A DNA stretch of 64,000 nt. Source: Pseudovirgaria hyperparasitica (lineage: Eukaryota). Position 1 is the first letter of the stretch. Every line of letters begins with the position of its first letter. The notes beneath the pieces were generated by a model that was given only the letters and a program-made list of their open reading frames with translations, was not told the origin of the DNA and did no database searches. This document shows positions 27,405 through 40,700 of this stretch, in pieces. Position numbers and translations under genes: made by a program. The stretch is from assembly GCA_010093815.1 (NCBI GenBank), contig ML996565.1; one strand, 5' to 3'.

Positions 27405-29178
27405 GATGAGGGGGGAGATATCTGATTGTGAGGGGTCGATGGTGGAGGAGTCTGTGACAGTTACTTTACTGTGAGCCAGTGGAATGGTCGTCTGGATATA
27501 TATTGCCCGCAGGCAGTGACGTTACACGGGTGCTCATCTCACAAGAGGACGCCAGCCGTACCGTACCAGAATTCGATCCCTTATCGTGGACCCTGGACAT
27601 GGCGTTTGGGCTGGTGTTGAATAACAATGCCATGCAAAGAGTGGTCGAAGCGACTGTACTGATTGGACACGGGGTTTCGATAGTGCATCTCCAGACGCAG
27701 TTCGACGTCAACGGGCACGGGCACGAAGACAACGCGACTGTAACTTTGACTAGAGCAAGCGTTCCATGCATCTAGCATGTGAAAGTGGCCCCGCCATCGC
27801 AGTCAGACGCGGGGAGTGCTTTCTCACGCTTCTCTGGGTCTAATTAGGAGGAGGATTCGATCAAGAGCTCGTTGACAGGAAACAGATCACATCAGACAGC
27901 AAGACGCACCCTTGCACGGCGTAATGCACTCCGATGCTCGACTGGTGGCTCTCCTACGTCACGCCCAAGACGAGACAGAGTCAGTACCAGGATAGTACAG
28001 TATGATAGTATCCCGTCCATGTTTACAGTACTTCTGAGGCCAATTGCACTTGGATCAAACGGCAGTTGGCTCGCTCGTTTCCAACGGTAGATGGACCGAT
28101 CGACCAGTCTAGCCGGCGATCCACGTTCACTCAGGTAGAGCCTCCTCTGAGGGGGCAGTACCAAGATATCAAGCTTCGAGATCCACCCACATTAACCTCC
28201 GTGTTACTTGCCACATCGACTTTTTCCAGATCGTGATGTTGGTACTCCATTGTTCCCGGCCGACAGTCACGTCAGCCAGCTCGAGCGTTGGATGCGGTGA
28301 GCCCCTCGATGGCACGACATGGCGCTGCAGCAATTTTTGCGTTGGTCCCGAATGCAGTATCCACCGTGAACCGTTGCGTCTGCCAATCAAACAGGGCCAT
28401 ACCGCATGAGGGTATGCCTGCTAACCCTGATAGGAAAGCCACGGTGGTAAGCGAGCGATAATGGATAACGTCGCGTCTAGCCCTCGAATCCTCAACAATA
28501 ATACACCGCGCCTTGCACCATCCCGAGCGCAACATCGGCGATGCAGAAGCTTAAGTCTCATCTGTACGGGCCAGCAGAGACATATTTGTCGTCTTCATAG
28601 AGAGCTGTCGACCAGCTTCTGGGCCGTCATGATGCTTATCGCCCGCAGAGTGGTGACCTCAGCATACCGGCTGACTGGCTCTGTAGGACCTGATATACAT
28701 GTCTGAGTAATTACTCGACCCAGCGGTAGAGGCCATGTACAATGACGGCACAAGTCAGCTGAACGATAGTTTGACCTTTGCGGGGCCCCCACCAGCCTTG
28801 CAGGACCAGAGCCAGAAACCAGAGACCAGAGGCAGAGACCAGAGACTTTCCCGCCTCCTTTTCCCATGATTTCACGGCAGTCGAACGGTCGAACGCAATG
28901 CACCGTCGAGACGAGCCCAGTCTCGCAACACATCCTTCCAGTCAACTCAGTGACTCGTATCCGGTAGACAATACGGAGTCTCCGTCACGTAGACAGAGTC
29001 TAGTATGTGCAATACTGTACAAACGACCTTGTAGCTTTACGTACACTTTTCCTCCCCTCGTACGCTTGTCGTCATGTCATGTATGCTGCTGCGTCTGCGC
29101 ATACAGACGGTGTGGCATGGCAGGTATACCTGGGCTGACAATGATATTCTCATCTACAGTTTATCCACTCTTCCTACG

Positions 29179-31028
29179 ACAGACAGACAGACAGACAGAC
29201 AGACAGATATCTTGTCACAAAGTCCTGTCTGAAATGTTAGTAGTCGTGAGCTCTCGCTTACTTGTGAACTCACGAAGGACGCTATTGCGATATATGAGAC
29301 ATCAACACAGTCTCCCAAATATGCTCCTCTCCACTCCCACTATGACACTAACCATCTCCAACCATCCATCCATTCATTTCTAAAATATCAACAGTCAATC
29401 GCTAACTTCTCCCCTATTCCCTAACTCTCCGAACATTTTCTCCCACCCACTTTTCCAGTCCCTAGTCGTTCCCTGGTCCATGCCGCGCGATATCTGTATT
29501 ACCTTCTCGTGTATCATGGGAGGAGAAGCTTTGTCCGTGACGGGCGCGCGCTTGGAGGATGATGGGGGTGGCGTGGATGGAGACGGAGATGTAGACGTAG
29601 ACGTAGCCGTAGATGTAGATGTAGATGTAGATGTAGCCATGTATATATATGTATATATATATATAAGAGAATACAAAGACACGGATATTTCGATTTGATA
29701 ATACTAGCTTCCGTGGATCATGATGGTTGGAAGAGGAGGGATATTAGATGCTGGACTAACGCAGGTGTTCTGTCAGACTATCTGGTGTTTTATACCTTCC
29801 CTCCTCGTCGTGCATATCAATTATACATGTATACATATATATATATATATATATACACGTGTATACTAAGATCTAGATAATCTGATGTAACCCCCCCCCC
29901 TCCCCCTCTTTCTCTAGCGAGACTAAATTACTACTGATACCTCGTGCTAATATATGCCTTGATGCTTTAGCTTCTATTTGTTCTGCTTTTATAAGTGCGC
30001 TGGGCGTGGGTGGTGGTGGTGGTGATGATGATGTGTAGATGTGTAGATGTCTAGTGGGTGTGGCTTCTAGGTTTTCTGGTTTTGTGAGTGTTTTGGTTGC
30101 TATGGCTGTGTGGTTGTGTGGTTGTGTAGATGGGTAGGTGGGTAGTTTAGTGAGTAGTTGAGTGAGTGGTTAAGTAGTTGAGTAGTCAAGTAGTCAAGCA
30201 GTCAAGCAGTCAAGCAGTCAAGCAGTCAAGTCCTCCAGCCATCTAGTCAACTAGTCACTCAGTCAAGAAAAAACTACCACAGAAGCAATATCCAAGCCAT
30301 ATGTTTCGTCCGTCCGGGATACATACCAAAAATCACTTTGTATAGTACTTGGCTACTTACCTACCCACCAACCTACTCATCTATCCACTCATCCATGTGT
30401 CAAGTACAAGTACCCAAAGTAATACCAAACCCCCTCCCTTCCTTCTCCTCTCCCCTCCTCCTTCTCCCCTCCCCTCAAAAATAAATCCATATACACTAAA
30501 AAACACACACACACACACATACATACAAGAAAGAAGCAGACGACAGCAACAACAGGGAGAATCGAAGAAAGTAACTTTAGAAAAGGGGGGGGGGGGGACT
30601 TTAGTAGAGGGGAGGAGGAGGAGGAGGAGGAGGAGGAGGAACAGGAGGAGGAGGAGGCTGGAGAAGGGCGGGGATGTTGGAAGGGGATTTAAGAGAGGGA
30701 TTCAAAGGGGGAAGAAGGGGATAAATAATAGCTTATAGAATTAGAGGGGGGCGGGGATAGAGCGTTGGAGAGGGGGGGAGGGGGGGTGAAGAAGGAGATT
30801 GGATATATTCGTGGTTGTTGTTTGTTGCTGGATATTGATGTTGTGGATGGGAGATAGGAGAGGATAGAATAGGATAGGATAGGACGGGATAGGATAGGAT
30901 AGGATAGGATAGGATGGGATAGGATAGGATAGGATAGGACGGGACAGGACAGGACAGGATAGGACAGGACAGGACAGGACAGGACAGGATAAGATAGGAT
31001 AGGATAGGATACGATACGATACGATACG
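29179..31028. repeat. Microsatellite cluster: (GACA)n, (GATGTA)n, (TA)n, poly-C/poly-G, (AGTCAAGC)n ~30184-30231, (CA)n, (GGA)n ~30611-30656, (GATAG/GACAG)n ~30863-31028
   Basis: Directly visible simple tandem repeats in the intergenic region beyond the NHA1 3' end. Confidence 0.95.
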
Positions 31029-31596
31029 CTAGATACTACTTACTATATGAATAAGTGAACAATAAAAGTGGATGAGTGACAAGACACAACACGAATGAAC
31101 AGAACAGCACGATATCAAACACATGGTATTTGACATCCAAAATGGCATGGCATCCAACATCCAAACATTGCACATTTACACTTCCCTCGTCAAACACTCC
31201 CCCTTTCCCTCTCGGCGACAAGTCTGGCGTATGGATGTTAAGCCATGTATGTCATATATGCGCCGCACGTATATGTATGTCAGGTATGTCATGTATGACA
31301 CGGTAGGTAGGCAGTAACCCATCCATAGATTCATATCTTTCCATCTACTTGAAACCGGTGCAGTGCATTTCAGTGCATTTCTCAGTTCAGACCAGTGCAG
31401 TGCATTTCAGTGCAATGTATTTCAGTCCATACATCATCACACACACATGCATCCCTCATCTCCCTCATTTCCTATTCCTTCCCCCCAATTCCCATCCCCG
31501 TGCCCATCCCACGCCCGGTCAACACCATCCACCCGCCCACGACATAACAACATAAAACCACATAACAAAAACCACTGCTCAATTCCCCAAATTGTC

Positions 31597-34500
31597 CTAC
31601 TTCCCCTTACTCGCCGGCCGCGCGCCTACATTCGCGCCCCACCGCAGCCTGCCCGTGGTGGCGGTGCCAGTCATGCTCCCCGTACCGCTCCTGCGCTCTC
31701 CCGCGCCGCTCGTCGCACTGCCCATGCTTCTCCTATCTCCTCCTCCGCCACCACCTCCACTACCACTTCCAGGCTCCGCGGGCGTATTACTATTATTACT
31801 ACTACTACCATTACCATTACCGCCGACAGCGGCGTCGGTCCTGGGAACGTCCGCGAACCGGATGCCGGGCGTGCGCACTGCCTTTTCGACGTCCTTGCCG
31901 CGCGCTTCTGATTCTTCATCTTCTTCTTCTTCTTCTACATCAGCATCCTCCTCCTCCTTGTCTTCTTCGGCAATCACATTCTCCGGCGACATGCTGGGTC
32001 GTCGGCGCAGACTGCCCTTGCCCTTGCCCAGACCCGAGGAGCCGGACAGGCCGCCTGTGGTGCTGCCGCCTTCGGGTGGGAGTTCGCGCATGCCGGTGCC
32101 TGTGACGTCGTCGTCGGACGCGCTGTCCGAGTCCGAGTCTTCGTGTGTCATGCCGAGCGCGCCCTCGCGGCGGCGGCGCTCCGCGGCCGTCTCGCCTTCG
32201 TCCATGTGTGATTTCTGGCTCGTCAGGAGGGGCACGTCGGATTTGGGGGCCGTGGGCACCGGGTTGATGGGCATGTCAGCGGATGAGATCCCCTGAGTGC
32301 CGGCGAGGCGGCGACGGCGCTGGGCGGCGGTTTCTTTGTTGTCTGCGCGCGACGCAATGTCTGCGCGGATGTTGTATGCGGGTACCGGACGGGACGACTC
32401 GACCGAGGACTGGTCGCCGCCGCCGCCAGGAGAGATCTGTCGAGAGAGGGCATGGTCCTGCTCCGACTCGACTTGGACGCCGTGCTCGCGCTCAATCTCC
32501 GTGGTCCGGCTCTTTGCCGTGGCAACGGATCTCTTGCGCTGGGCATGCTCTCTGGCGTCGGCGCGGGCCTCGCGCTTGACGGCCTCCGGGGCATTCGAGT
32601 CTTCGACAACTTGAGCGCGCGACTTGGGATCGAGTTGCTGGATCTGCTGGATGAACTCCGTCTTGGACATGCGGCGGCCGCCGGCGTGTATCCGGAACCG
32701 GATGTGGTCGTCGTCCTCTTCGTCCTTGGTGCGTTTCTTCGACGACGTGCCCGACGAGGGTCCGGCTTCGGCATTCTCGTCGATGGCGCGAGGTACGCCA
32801 AGGTAACGGCCCATGTTTGCGAGACGGGACTTGCTACTATCGACAAAGCTGCCCTGTCGGCCCGGTTGCTCTGGTCGTTTCTGCGCCGGGATGTCGTACT
32901 TCTTGAGCACCTCTCCATCTTCGTCTTCGACAATGATAGTGTTGCCGAATTGGTAGGCGCGGGCGGCACCGCGTTTCGGGGGCTGCTTCGTTTGCTCTGA
33001 ACCCTCGTCCGCGCCGTGCGTTTCGCGGCGGCGCAAGCCCCCCAGGCGGCCGCGCCAGCCCGTATGTTGCTGTTGTTGTTGTTCTTTCTTTGGCTCCTCC
33101 TTACGAGCGGTGGCGTGTGGTGATACATTGTCGTCATCATCGCCATCATCACCATCGTCATCTCCATGTCTGTGCTGGTGCTCAGTCTGTGCGACCCCAT
33201 GTTGCACATCGTCCTCTTTCATCAGACGTCGAGCATCGCGCTCATCTCTTCGCTTCGACTGCTCTGCTGATTCTCCGCGGGTATCTCGTATTTCCAACAC
33301 ATTGCCCTCTTCGTCTTCGATGATGTCGTTGTGGCCTTCGCGATATATCTCCTCTTGGGGCTCGTCGCCGCCGCCCTTCTTCTTCTCCAGAGAGTCATCC
33401 CTGGAAGAACTACCGGTTGCAACATTTGTGGTGTCAGAGTCCTGATTGGCCAACGTGATACCGTCTGATTCCTGGCGATCTACCTCCTGCCGTGGTCGCT
33501 GGGGCGTAATGGCAGACTGGCTGATGGGTCCGCCAGGCCCAAGGCCCGTGTCCCATTTCTTTCTCCTGTTCGTTGGACGAACACTGTTCGACCTGCTTGG
33601 GTTGTCTTCTTCCTTCTGCCGCCGCAGGAAGTTTCCAGGGAACCCAACAGGGCCGAGGGAGCCTGGTGCTGCCTTTTCGTCAAAGGAAGAGGACCTTGAC
33701 ATCATACTCTTGGAGCGTGACTGAATTCGAGGAAGTCTGTCCATCCAGGTTGGTCCGTCTTCAGCAGCTTGCGTGTATGACATGGTCAAGGTCAAGGTGT
33801 TGATGTGTTTTCCCAGAGTGAAGACAGCGATTGAAGAGCCATGGACGAGAATTGATACGATGACAAGGAAGACCGTGATTGGCCAGATCATTTCGATGAT
33901 GTTCCGGTGCGGAAATCCTTCTTCAGGCAATTGAGCCAAAGGCGTCGTCTCTTCCGTCTCGAGCTCTGCACGAGCCAGGATGGCGACAAACAGACCACCA
34001 ACACCAATCGGACCAAAGTGGCCGGCGAACAGAGACTCGCGCCAGGTCTTGATATCGGGAATGGCAGGCTTGAGCATCAGCATGATTGGGATCCGACGGA
34101 AGAAGAGTACCAAAAGGCCAAGCACGACCAGCCGCCACGGCGAGAGACCGATGATGCTCGAATTGAACTGCTCCCACGGAATGATGGTACCAAAGTAGAC
34201 GAAGAAGGCCAAATTGATGAGTAGATCGATCACGTTGGATACGTGCGCTTCTTCGGTCTTTTCAGTGAACCATCCGTCGTTACTGAAGCCCACCCCGCAA
34301 GCAAAGCCGACCAGCAAGTCGTCCATGCCAAGCAAGCTCCCAGCACCGGCGCAGAAGAGCGCGAGAACAAAGTAGAAGACGAGAAAGCTCTCACGATCAA
34401 TGAGATCGCGTTCGTGCGCATATCGAATAGCACGTCTGGCCGCGTAACCTACCGTCACGCCAAAGATGGCTCCAAATACACATTCATACAAGACAGTGTA

Positions 34501-35121
34501 GCAGAACCAATGGAAGGCGACCGCGTTCGTGTCCGGTCGGTAGCGGATCAGATATATTGCCAGATAGACAAAAGGAAAGGCCATGCCGTCGTTGCAGCCA
34601 GACTCGGCGGAGAGCAGATCACGAAGATGCTTTGGCACTCGTTTTGCAAACTTGCCTTTACCGACAACGGAGGAGGCCAAGACGGGATCGGTGGCAGTCA
34701 CACAGGCAGCGATGCAAAGACTATCCAGCCAGTTCACGTGCGACTTGAAGAGGCCCCAGATGAACAGACTCGTAATGAGCCAGCCGAAAGTCATGACAGG
34801 CACCAGCAGAAGAACCACGGACCTCCAATGGCGTTCCATGTACGATTTGGGCAATTCGACACCGACGGCGAAACATTGTACGACCAGAACGATCCTGGAG
34901 AACTCGAGCGTGATTAGGTCTGTGTTGCCCCATTCCAGCGGGTTGATGAGGTTTGCGGCGTGCGGACCGAAGATGATGCCACAGAGAGTGGCGACTGTGG
35001 CCTCGCCAATGTACAAGCGCTCCTTGATTACAGAGGAGCATAACATGAACAGGCTGGTGAAGCCTCCCAGGATTATGTACACCAGGTGCGGGCGGGTGAT
35101 TGAGAGATGTTCCCACGCCAT
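31597..35121 (-). CDS. NHA1: Plasma-membrane Na+(K+)/H+ antiporter, CPA1 family, with a long hydrophilic C-terminal tail
   Basis: 1174-aa ORF: IKERLYIGEA, ATDPVLASSVVGKGKFAKRVP, ESGCNDGMAFPF, MDDLLVGF, GHFGPIGVG, VHGSS. Confidence 0.97.
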   Translation of the reverse strand: MAWEHLSITRPHLVYIILGGFTSLFMLCSSVIKERLYIGEATVATLCGIIFGPHAANLINPLEWGNTDLITLEFSRIVLVVQCFAVGVELPKSYMERHWRSVVLLLVPVMTFGWLITSLFIWGLFKSHVNWLDSLCIAACVTATDPVLASSVVGKGKFAKRVPKHLRDLLSAESGCNDGMAFPFVYLAIYLIRYRPDTNAVAFHWFCYTVLYECVFGAIFGVTVGYAARRAIRYAHERDLIDRESFLVFYFVLALFCAGAGSLLGMDDLLVGFACGVGFSNDGWFTEKTEEAHVSNVIDLLINLAFFVYFGTIIPWEQFNSSIIGLSPWRLVVLGLLVLFFRRIPIMLMLKPAIPDIKTWRESLFAGHFGPIGVGGLFVAILARAELETEETTPLAQLPEEGFPHRNIIEMIWPITVFLVIVSILVHGSSIAVFTLGKHINTLTLTMSYTQAAEDGPTWMDRLPRIQSRSKSMMSRSSSFDEKAAPGSLGPVGFPGNFLRRQKEEDNPSRSNSVRPTNRRKKWDTGLGPGGPISQSAITPQRPRQEVDRQESDGITLANQDSDTTNVATGSSSRDDSLEKKKGGGDEPQEEIYREGHNDIIEDEEGNVLEIRDTRGESAEQSKRRDERDARRLMKEDDVQHGVAQTEHQHRHGDDDGDDGDDDDNVSPHATARKEEPKKEQQQQQHTGWRGRLGGLRRRETHGADEGSEQTKQPPKRGAARAYQFGNTIIVEDEDGEVLKKYDIPAQKRPEQPGRQGSFVDSSKSRLANMGRYLGVPRAIDENAEAGPSSGTSSKKRTKDEEDDDHIRFRIHAGGRRMSKTEFIQQIQQLDPKSRAQVVEDSNAPEAVKREARADAREHAQRKRSVATAKSRTTEIEREHGVQVESEQDHALSRQISPGGGGDQSSVESSRPVPAYNIRADIASRADNKETAAQRRRRLAGTQGISSADMPINPVPTAPKSDVPLLTSQKSHMDEGETAAERRRREGALGMTHEDSDSDSASDDDVTGTGMRELPPEGGSTTGGLSGSSGLGKGKGSLRRRPSMSPENVIAEEDKEEEDADVEEEEEDEESEARGKDVEKAVRTPGIRFADVPRTDAAVGGNGNGSSSNNSNTPAEPGSGSGGGGGGGDRRSMGSATSGAGERRSGTGSMTGTATTGRLRWGANVGARPASKGK

Positions 35122-35847
35122 TGTAGATGGGTTCCTATCGTAGAAGGACAGGATCTGCCCAGATTGTCCGCGATGACTGTGCTTTTGTCTTTCGATCGGC
35201 TACGTGGACTGAGGTGGTGTTATGGAGGGTATAGGACGAGTGGCCGGTGAGCTGAGGCGTCCGGCGGTCCGTTGTGAGAAGCGAATGGACTAGGTGGGTG
35301 CATAGAAGGTCTGGCCGCGCGCAATCGCCGCTCCCGCAAGCCCGACGAAGGCTGTCACAAGGTCTGAGATCGTCGTGAAAGACGTACAGGTGTTGTGATG
35401 GTTCAGAGACTGTGCGTAGTGGTGGTTAGCACCGCAGACAAGCAATGGGTGGAGTCTTGGTATTACCTGTGGTGTGACATGGAGATAGGTATGTATCTCT
35501 AGGCACAAATCAAGATAAAAAAAAAAAGAACACACACCCCAAGAGGCTTTGCGCAAACGGGCAAAGACACGAGGCGCAGGCTTTGGTATTTATTGGGGCG
35601 CGGCGGCGAGGCCGAGTCAGGTGGAAGTTGGGGGAGGAGTTGGGAGGAGGGGGGGGCGTGTTAATAGTGGAGTGAAAAGGAAGAGGAATGGCGATTGGAG
35701 ATGGAGACTAGCAAAAGAACGTCTTGGCTTCGTGGAGGTTGGACTTGGCAGCGTGGATAATAGTGGATCCATAGCTGTTGTTGGAAGGGCAGAAAAGAAA
35801 GAAAAGACGATGAAGTCGCGAACATGGGGCGTGGTGAATTGGGGGAA

Positions 35848-35849
<2 letters not shown>

Positions 35850-35880
<31 letters not shown>
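35850..35880. repeat. (AG)n microsatellite upstream of NHA1
   Basis: Uninterrupted AG run. Confidence 0.9.
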
Positions 35881-35881
<1 letters not shown>

Positions 35882-36897
35882 CATGGATATGATGTTCTCC
35901 AGCTTCCATCATGGATGCACGGCTGCTGTCCCCTCTCCTGCATATAAGAATAATTTAACGGCATGCGGAGATATATGCAATTGGCATCTGCAAGCAATTC
36001 TTCTACTGTGACTGTCAATTATTCTCCCACTGCCGTTCCCATCCTTGTTTTTTTAAATCCCCGGCCGACAACCTCCGCCACCGTTAATTAGGGCGGACTC
36101 TGCTATGTATGTATTATTAACTACATAATATGTACGGCTGCACAGCGGCAGCCTCGGGCCAATTGCACAGCGCTGCCAAGAGCTGATCTCACGCGTGGTG
36201 GGCTGGCGGCTGACCTGGGTACATTTGTACAATGCAGAAACAGACGATTGACTGGGCGGCTGGATTGGACTGGATGTGAACGGACATGGTGTTTGTTGTT
36301 CCTTTGAGATCTTATGTGGGCGAGTCTTGAGAGCTATGACCGGAGAGCGGAGCGGGTACCGGGACTGCAATTAACACGATTGATAACAGAGCAGGCCTAT
36401 TATTAGAAGGGAGAGGGAGAGGTCCGTGACGCGTCTGATGTGGTTTCGAATAATTAACCTTTTTGGTCTCTATCCAAGATGTATAATTATGCTAATCTCC
36501 TCCAAGCTAGGTTGTAGTAGTAGGCCTTGATGCCTGCGCGTGGCCCATACAGTGTGCCGTGAAATATGCAACGCCGTTGGTTCTCGAGCCTCGACGATAT
36601 GTACAGAATCTTCCCATGCAAAAATCTTAAATCCTCATACCCATACGATGATGAGAGACACACACTGTAGCTTGCTTGGTACAGTCCAAGTAAATACAGA
36701 CAGCTTCATATGTCCAATGCAAGCCTCAACGCCCCCCGCCTGGCCCCCCCCAAAAAACAGTGCTGACAATAACCGCCGCTACAACAACAACATGTCACAA
36801 ATAGATCCATTACTCATTGATCGCCTCTAGACGCATTTTCTCTGCGTCGATATTCAGGACAGCCTCGGTCACCGGTGCTTCCAGGGCATATCACCAC

Positions 36898-39524
36898 TCA
36901 TTGCGCAGCCCGGCCGTCCAGTTGAAAGTTTTGGAATTGCTGTTGAAAGTAGGTGCGTGGCACGTCCATACTCCGTGCAATTCTGCCGCCAGGCGTGAGC
37001 GGCACATCGATGCGGCTGCGACGCGTCCGCTCGTCTTCACTGTCATCCTCGTCGTCGTACGCGTCCGATAGCCGGGCAAAGTAGTCTGCAAGCCCGGACG
37101 TGGGACTTGCGATGCTGTTGTACGCTGGTGGAGGAGTTTCCAGCGGCGGTGGAGGTTGTTCCTCTTCAAATGCGGGTGGGTTGTACGAGGGGATGCGAAG
37201 CAAGTGCATGGGTCTTGCGAGCTCTTGGTGGATAGGGCCACCGAGGTGTGCTTGCTGTGGCCGGGCAAGTCCTGGAGATGAGATGTCCGTTGGCTCGTTG
37301 GTGCCGCGGGTGCCGTTGTGGAGCTCGAGTGTCGGGGCAAAAGAAGTCGGCGAGCCTCGTCGGGTGGCCGCGCCAGGACAGCCGCATTCGGAGAGCTGCG
37401 TGTCTTCGCCCATGCATTCTGGGCTAGAGTATGCAGGCAGGGATGTATTGCTCTGCGTTGCCCGGCAGGAGAGGATGTTGAAGGGCGAGTCGATGGAGAT
37501 TTCAAAGTGTCGTCGCTTTTCTGGATTGTTCGTGTCGGGTCTTGACAGTCGCATGACGAGCTGTGTGTAGGAGTTTGATTAGCTGTGCTGCAGACACACA
37601 CTTGAATGGAGGAGGGGGCGACTTCTTACCTTGATCCAGTGATGAACCACTATGTTTTGGTATGTCGTGTCGAAGTGAAGCCTCTGACTCCTCTCCTTGT
37701 CCTTCAATTGACTGCACGTGGGAAGCTGGACGTTGAACTCCATCTCGGTGGGTCCAATGCCATAATCACCAAGATTACCAAGAAGATTCGTCGTGTCCTG
37801 CAGCGTGACTTCTTCGCCACGTGCTGCTGCCTCGCGTTCATCGTATCGCACGCCGCCACCAGAGACGATCCTCATGGTACTACCAGGAAACACAGATGTA
37901 GCAGGCCCGTCTGCTCTCTTCTCGAACAGCTGAATCTTACGGGTGGGCTCTAGCCGATGCACCTTTTTATTCTGGCAAAAGTACTCGACATTCTCAGTCA
38001 CATACACCTTGATCCGGTGACATTGCACTTTGGCAAGCGGGGTGAGCTTGAATGCGATTGGGACCTGTGCGCCTATGGGAAAGGATTTGCCAGATATGAC
38101 GATATCATAGTGCAACTGGTCTTCCCAATTCCGGCTGATGGCAATCGGTTCAATCTGCTCCAGAGAGCCCTCGGAAGGAGCCCGAATAAGCTGTATCTCC
38201 TTTGTGCCCATCAGGTTCGCTCTGAAAGCTCCTGCTCGCTCGATGATTGCCTCGAGCTCGTACTTGACCGAGCCCAGCTCGACGTCGATTGTTTCAGGAA
38301 GATGGCTGTCAATTGGGAGTTCAAAGTTGTAGACATAGTCGCCCGGCTGAAAGGTTCGATAGCCCTTCTGAGCCACAGACGGACCGTTTGTGGAAGAATC
38401 ACCCTTGCCAAAACTGCGGGACTGGTTGACCTGGAGAGAGAGTTTCCTGTGATCGCGTGAGGTGAGATTCAAGGCCGAGCCGTTGCCGGTGGTGGTGTTA
38501 TTGTTGTTGTTGCGAAGAGAGTCTAGCGGGGAGAGTGCTGGCGATGCACCCGAGCTCTTGAGTAGCTCTACATGGTCTGCCCCGGTGCTTGCCTCGGCAG
38601 TGGGAAACTGGGCGTTGAAGAAGGGCCAGACATGCTTCATGACAATATTCTTCTCCTCAAATTCAGTCTTCCTGGGCGGTATGCCTGGATACACGTTAGC
38701 ATGGATAGATAGATCGCGCAGTCTTGGCTCCTCTCACCTTCTGGCCATTTTGTCAGAGCTCGACCGGCAAAGTTCAGGGTGACAGTCTTGATCTTTGTCG
38801 GTTTCGTGACGTGCAGATGCAGGCTTCCTCTCAACATGGCAGTCGAGCGCTCCGAGTGCTCATTCTGGTCGAAGCCCTGTAGGAAGAGGACAGGCTCGGT
38901 GAGATGGATGGCGATGCTGACACCGTTTCCCGAAGCCAAGGGCTTCTCGTCGGTGGCCAGCCTTGTGACAGAAGCAGACATTGACTTGCTCATGCGGTTC
39001 CGCACGTGTGAAGCAGCTCTTGAGGAAGTAGTGACCAGGAGGGGTGGACGCGGAGTTAAGGCGGGGGCAACCCCCCCCCCGCCGCCGCCGCCGCCGACCA
39101 CAGAACTGCGATTCGAGCGCATGCCGCTGGATTGGGTGGCGCTCGAATGGGAGCTTCTCCGGCTTTCGGACCGCGACGAGGCCGAACTCTGAGGCGTAAT
39201 CTGCAAGGATGCTCTACGTGATTCAAGATTCTCTTGGTCTTGCTGTGAGTTGTTGTTGCTATTGTTGCTGTTGGAGACAAAGGACCTGAGGAAGCGCTTT
39301 GCGGATTGGCGAGAGCTAGCCAGCTTTTCGACGAGGATGGCGCTGGTGGAGGTGTATTTGTTGGGGGTGGGTGGGTCTGGGACGACAGAGGCAATACAAA
39401 TGCGGTGTGGACGGCGTGCACGAGTTCGATATAGACCTCTCGGTGGGTTGGAGGGCAGGAGGTGGTCGGGTATGTATGAGAGACGACCGTGGTTGGAGTA
39501 GACGTAGGTTCGGTGATCTGGCAT
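36898..39524 (-). CDS. ALY1: Alpha-arrestin, Aly1/Aly2 (ApyA)-like Rsp5 adaptor; 3 exons; start uncertain (39524 or a downstream ATG)
   Basis: EPVLFLQGF, AMLRGSL, TKWPEG|IPP, GDYVYNFELP, SRNWEDQLHY, VHHWIK|LVMRLS, HFEISIDSPF, and PY motifs LPAY and PPAY. Confidence 0.9.
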
Positions 39525-39824
39525 TGTGTGTGAGAGGGGGGAAGGTGATTGTGAAGAGCAGGCGGAGGGACAGTGAGAGAGTGGGTGAGTGGGATTGTGG
39601 GTGGACAGCAGGAGTGGAAGTATAATAATTGTTTAAAACAAGAGAGAGGAGGCTTGACGATGAAATTGAAGGGACGGATGGGGACAAAGCATGGATGGTA
39701 AAAGCAAGAGCAAAGACCGAAAGCGTCTATGGCAACCAAACAAAGCAAAGAGAAGAAGAGGCCATAGCGCGTGCGAGAGGGCAAAACAGCACGAGGAAAA
39801 TGTCCGTAAGAATCAAGGACTAGA

Positions 39825-40645
39825 GAGTCGAGAGAGAGAGGGTGTGTGTGTGTGTGTGTGTCTGTGTGACAAGGACCGGGGATATTGCATGGCCGGAGAG
39901 CAGACTACCGACCGACTACAGTGACAATGAGCAGGGAGGAGGAGAAGGAGGGTACTCACAGAGCAGAGGGTGGAGGAGGTGGTGGGATGGTTCATGCAGA
40001 AGAGGTACAGGCTGGTGGTGGTGGTGGTGGTGGTAGGAGTAGTAGTAGCAGCAGCAGCAGTAGTAGTAGTGGTGATATGGGGCCGGCTGGAGAAAAGGAT
40101 AAAGGGTGCACGGTGAGGAGTGAGGTGTGAGCTGGGCTTGTTGTTGAAGCACATACACACACGCACATACGCACACCGTGGACATACACAGGCGCGTACA
40201 CACACACACACACACACACCACACACGATGATGATGACGGAGTGAGGAGATGCACGGACGGATGGTGTCGGGGAAGGCCCTTGCAAGCAAAAAAAGGACG
40301 ATGATGTGTCAGGGTGGTCGGGTATGGAGTGGAGTGGAGATGGTAATCAGTAGTAGTGGTAGGTAGGAATTAGTTAGGAATGGGATGAGATGGTGCAATA
40401 ATGGCAGTAAAGTGGAGGAGAATAGACAAGCAGCAGCAGTAGTAGTAGTTTATTAGTCTTAGTGGCAGTGATTAGTGGTATGGAGCAATAAGCATAAGAA
40501 TAGAAAAGCAAGTGTAGGAGCGGGCAGGCAGGGCTAGAAAAGCTTCTTCTGGGGACGAGATGGGGACGAGATGGGAGATGGGCAAAGCAGATTCGGGCAG
40601 ATTTGGGGGGCAGTCGATTGGCCCTAAGCCCGTCAAAGAAATCGA

Positions 40646-40700
<55 letters not shown>

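Noticed and set aside
27479..27775. 98-aa protein-like ORF or riboswitch candidate upstream of the HAD phosphatase
   Set aside because: GTG start overlapping the TATA region. The TPP riboswitch core (CTGAGA and downstream motifs) is absent.
31363..35143. Many overlapping and antisense ORFs across NHA1
   Set aside because: Shadows of a GC-rich, low-complexity CDS.
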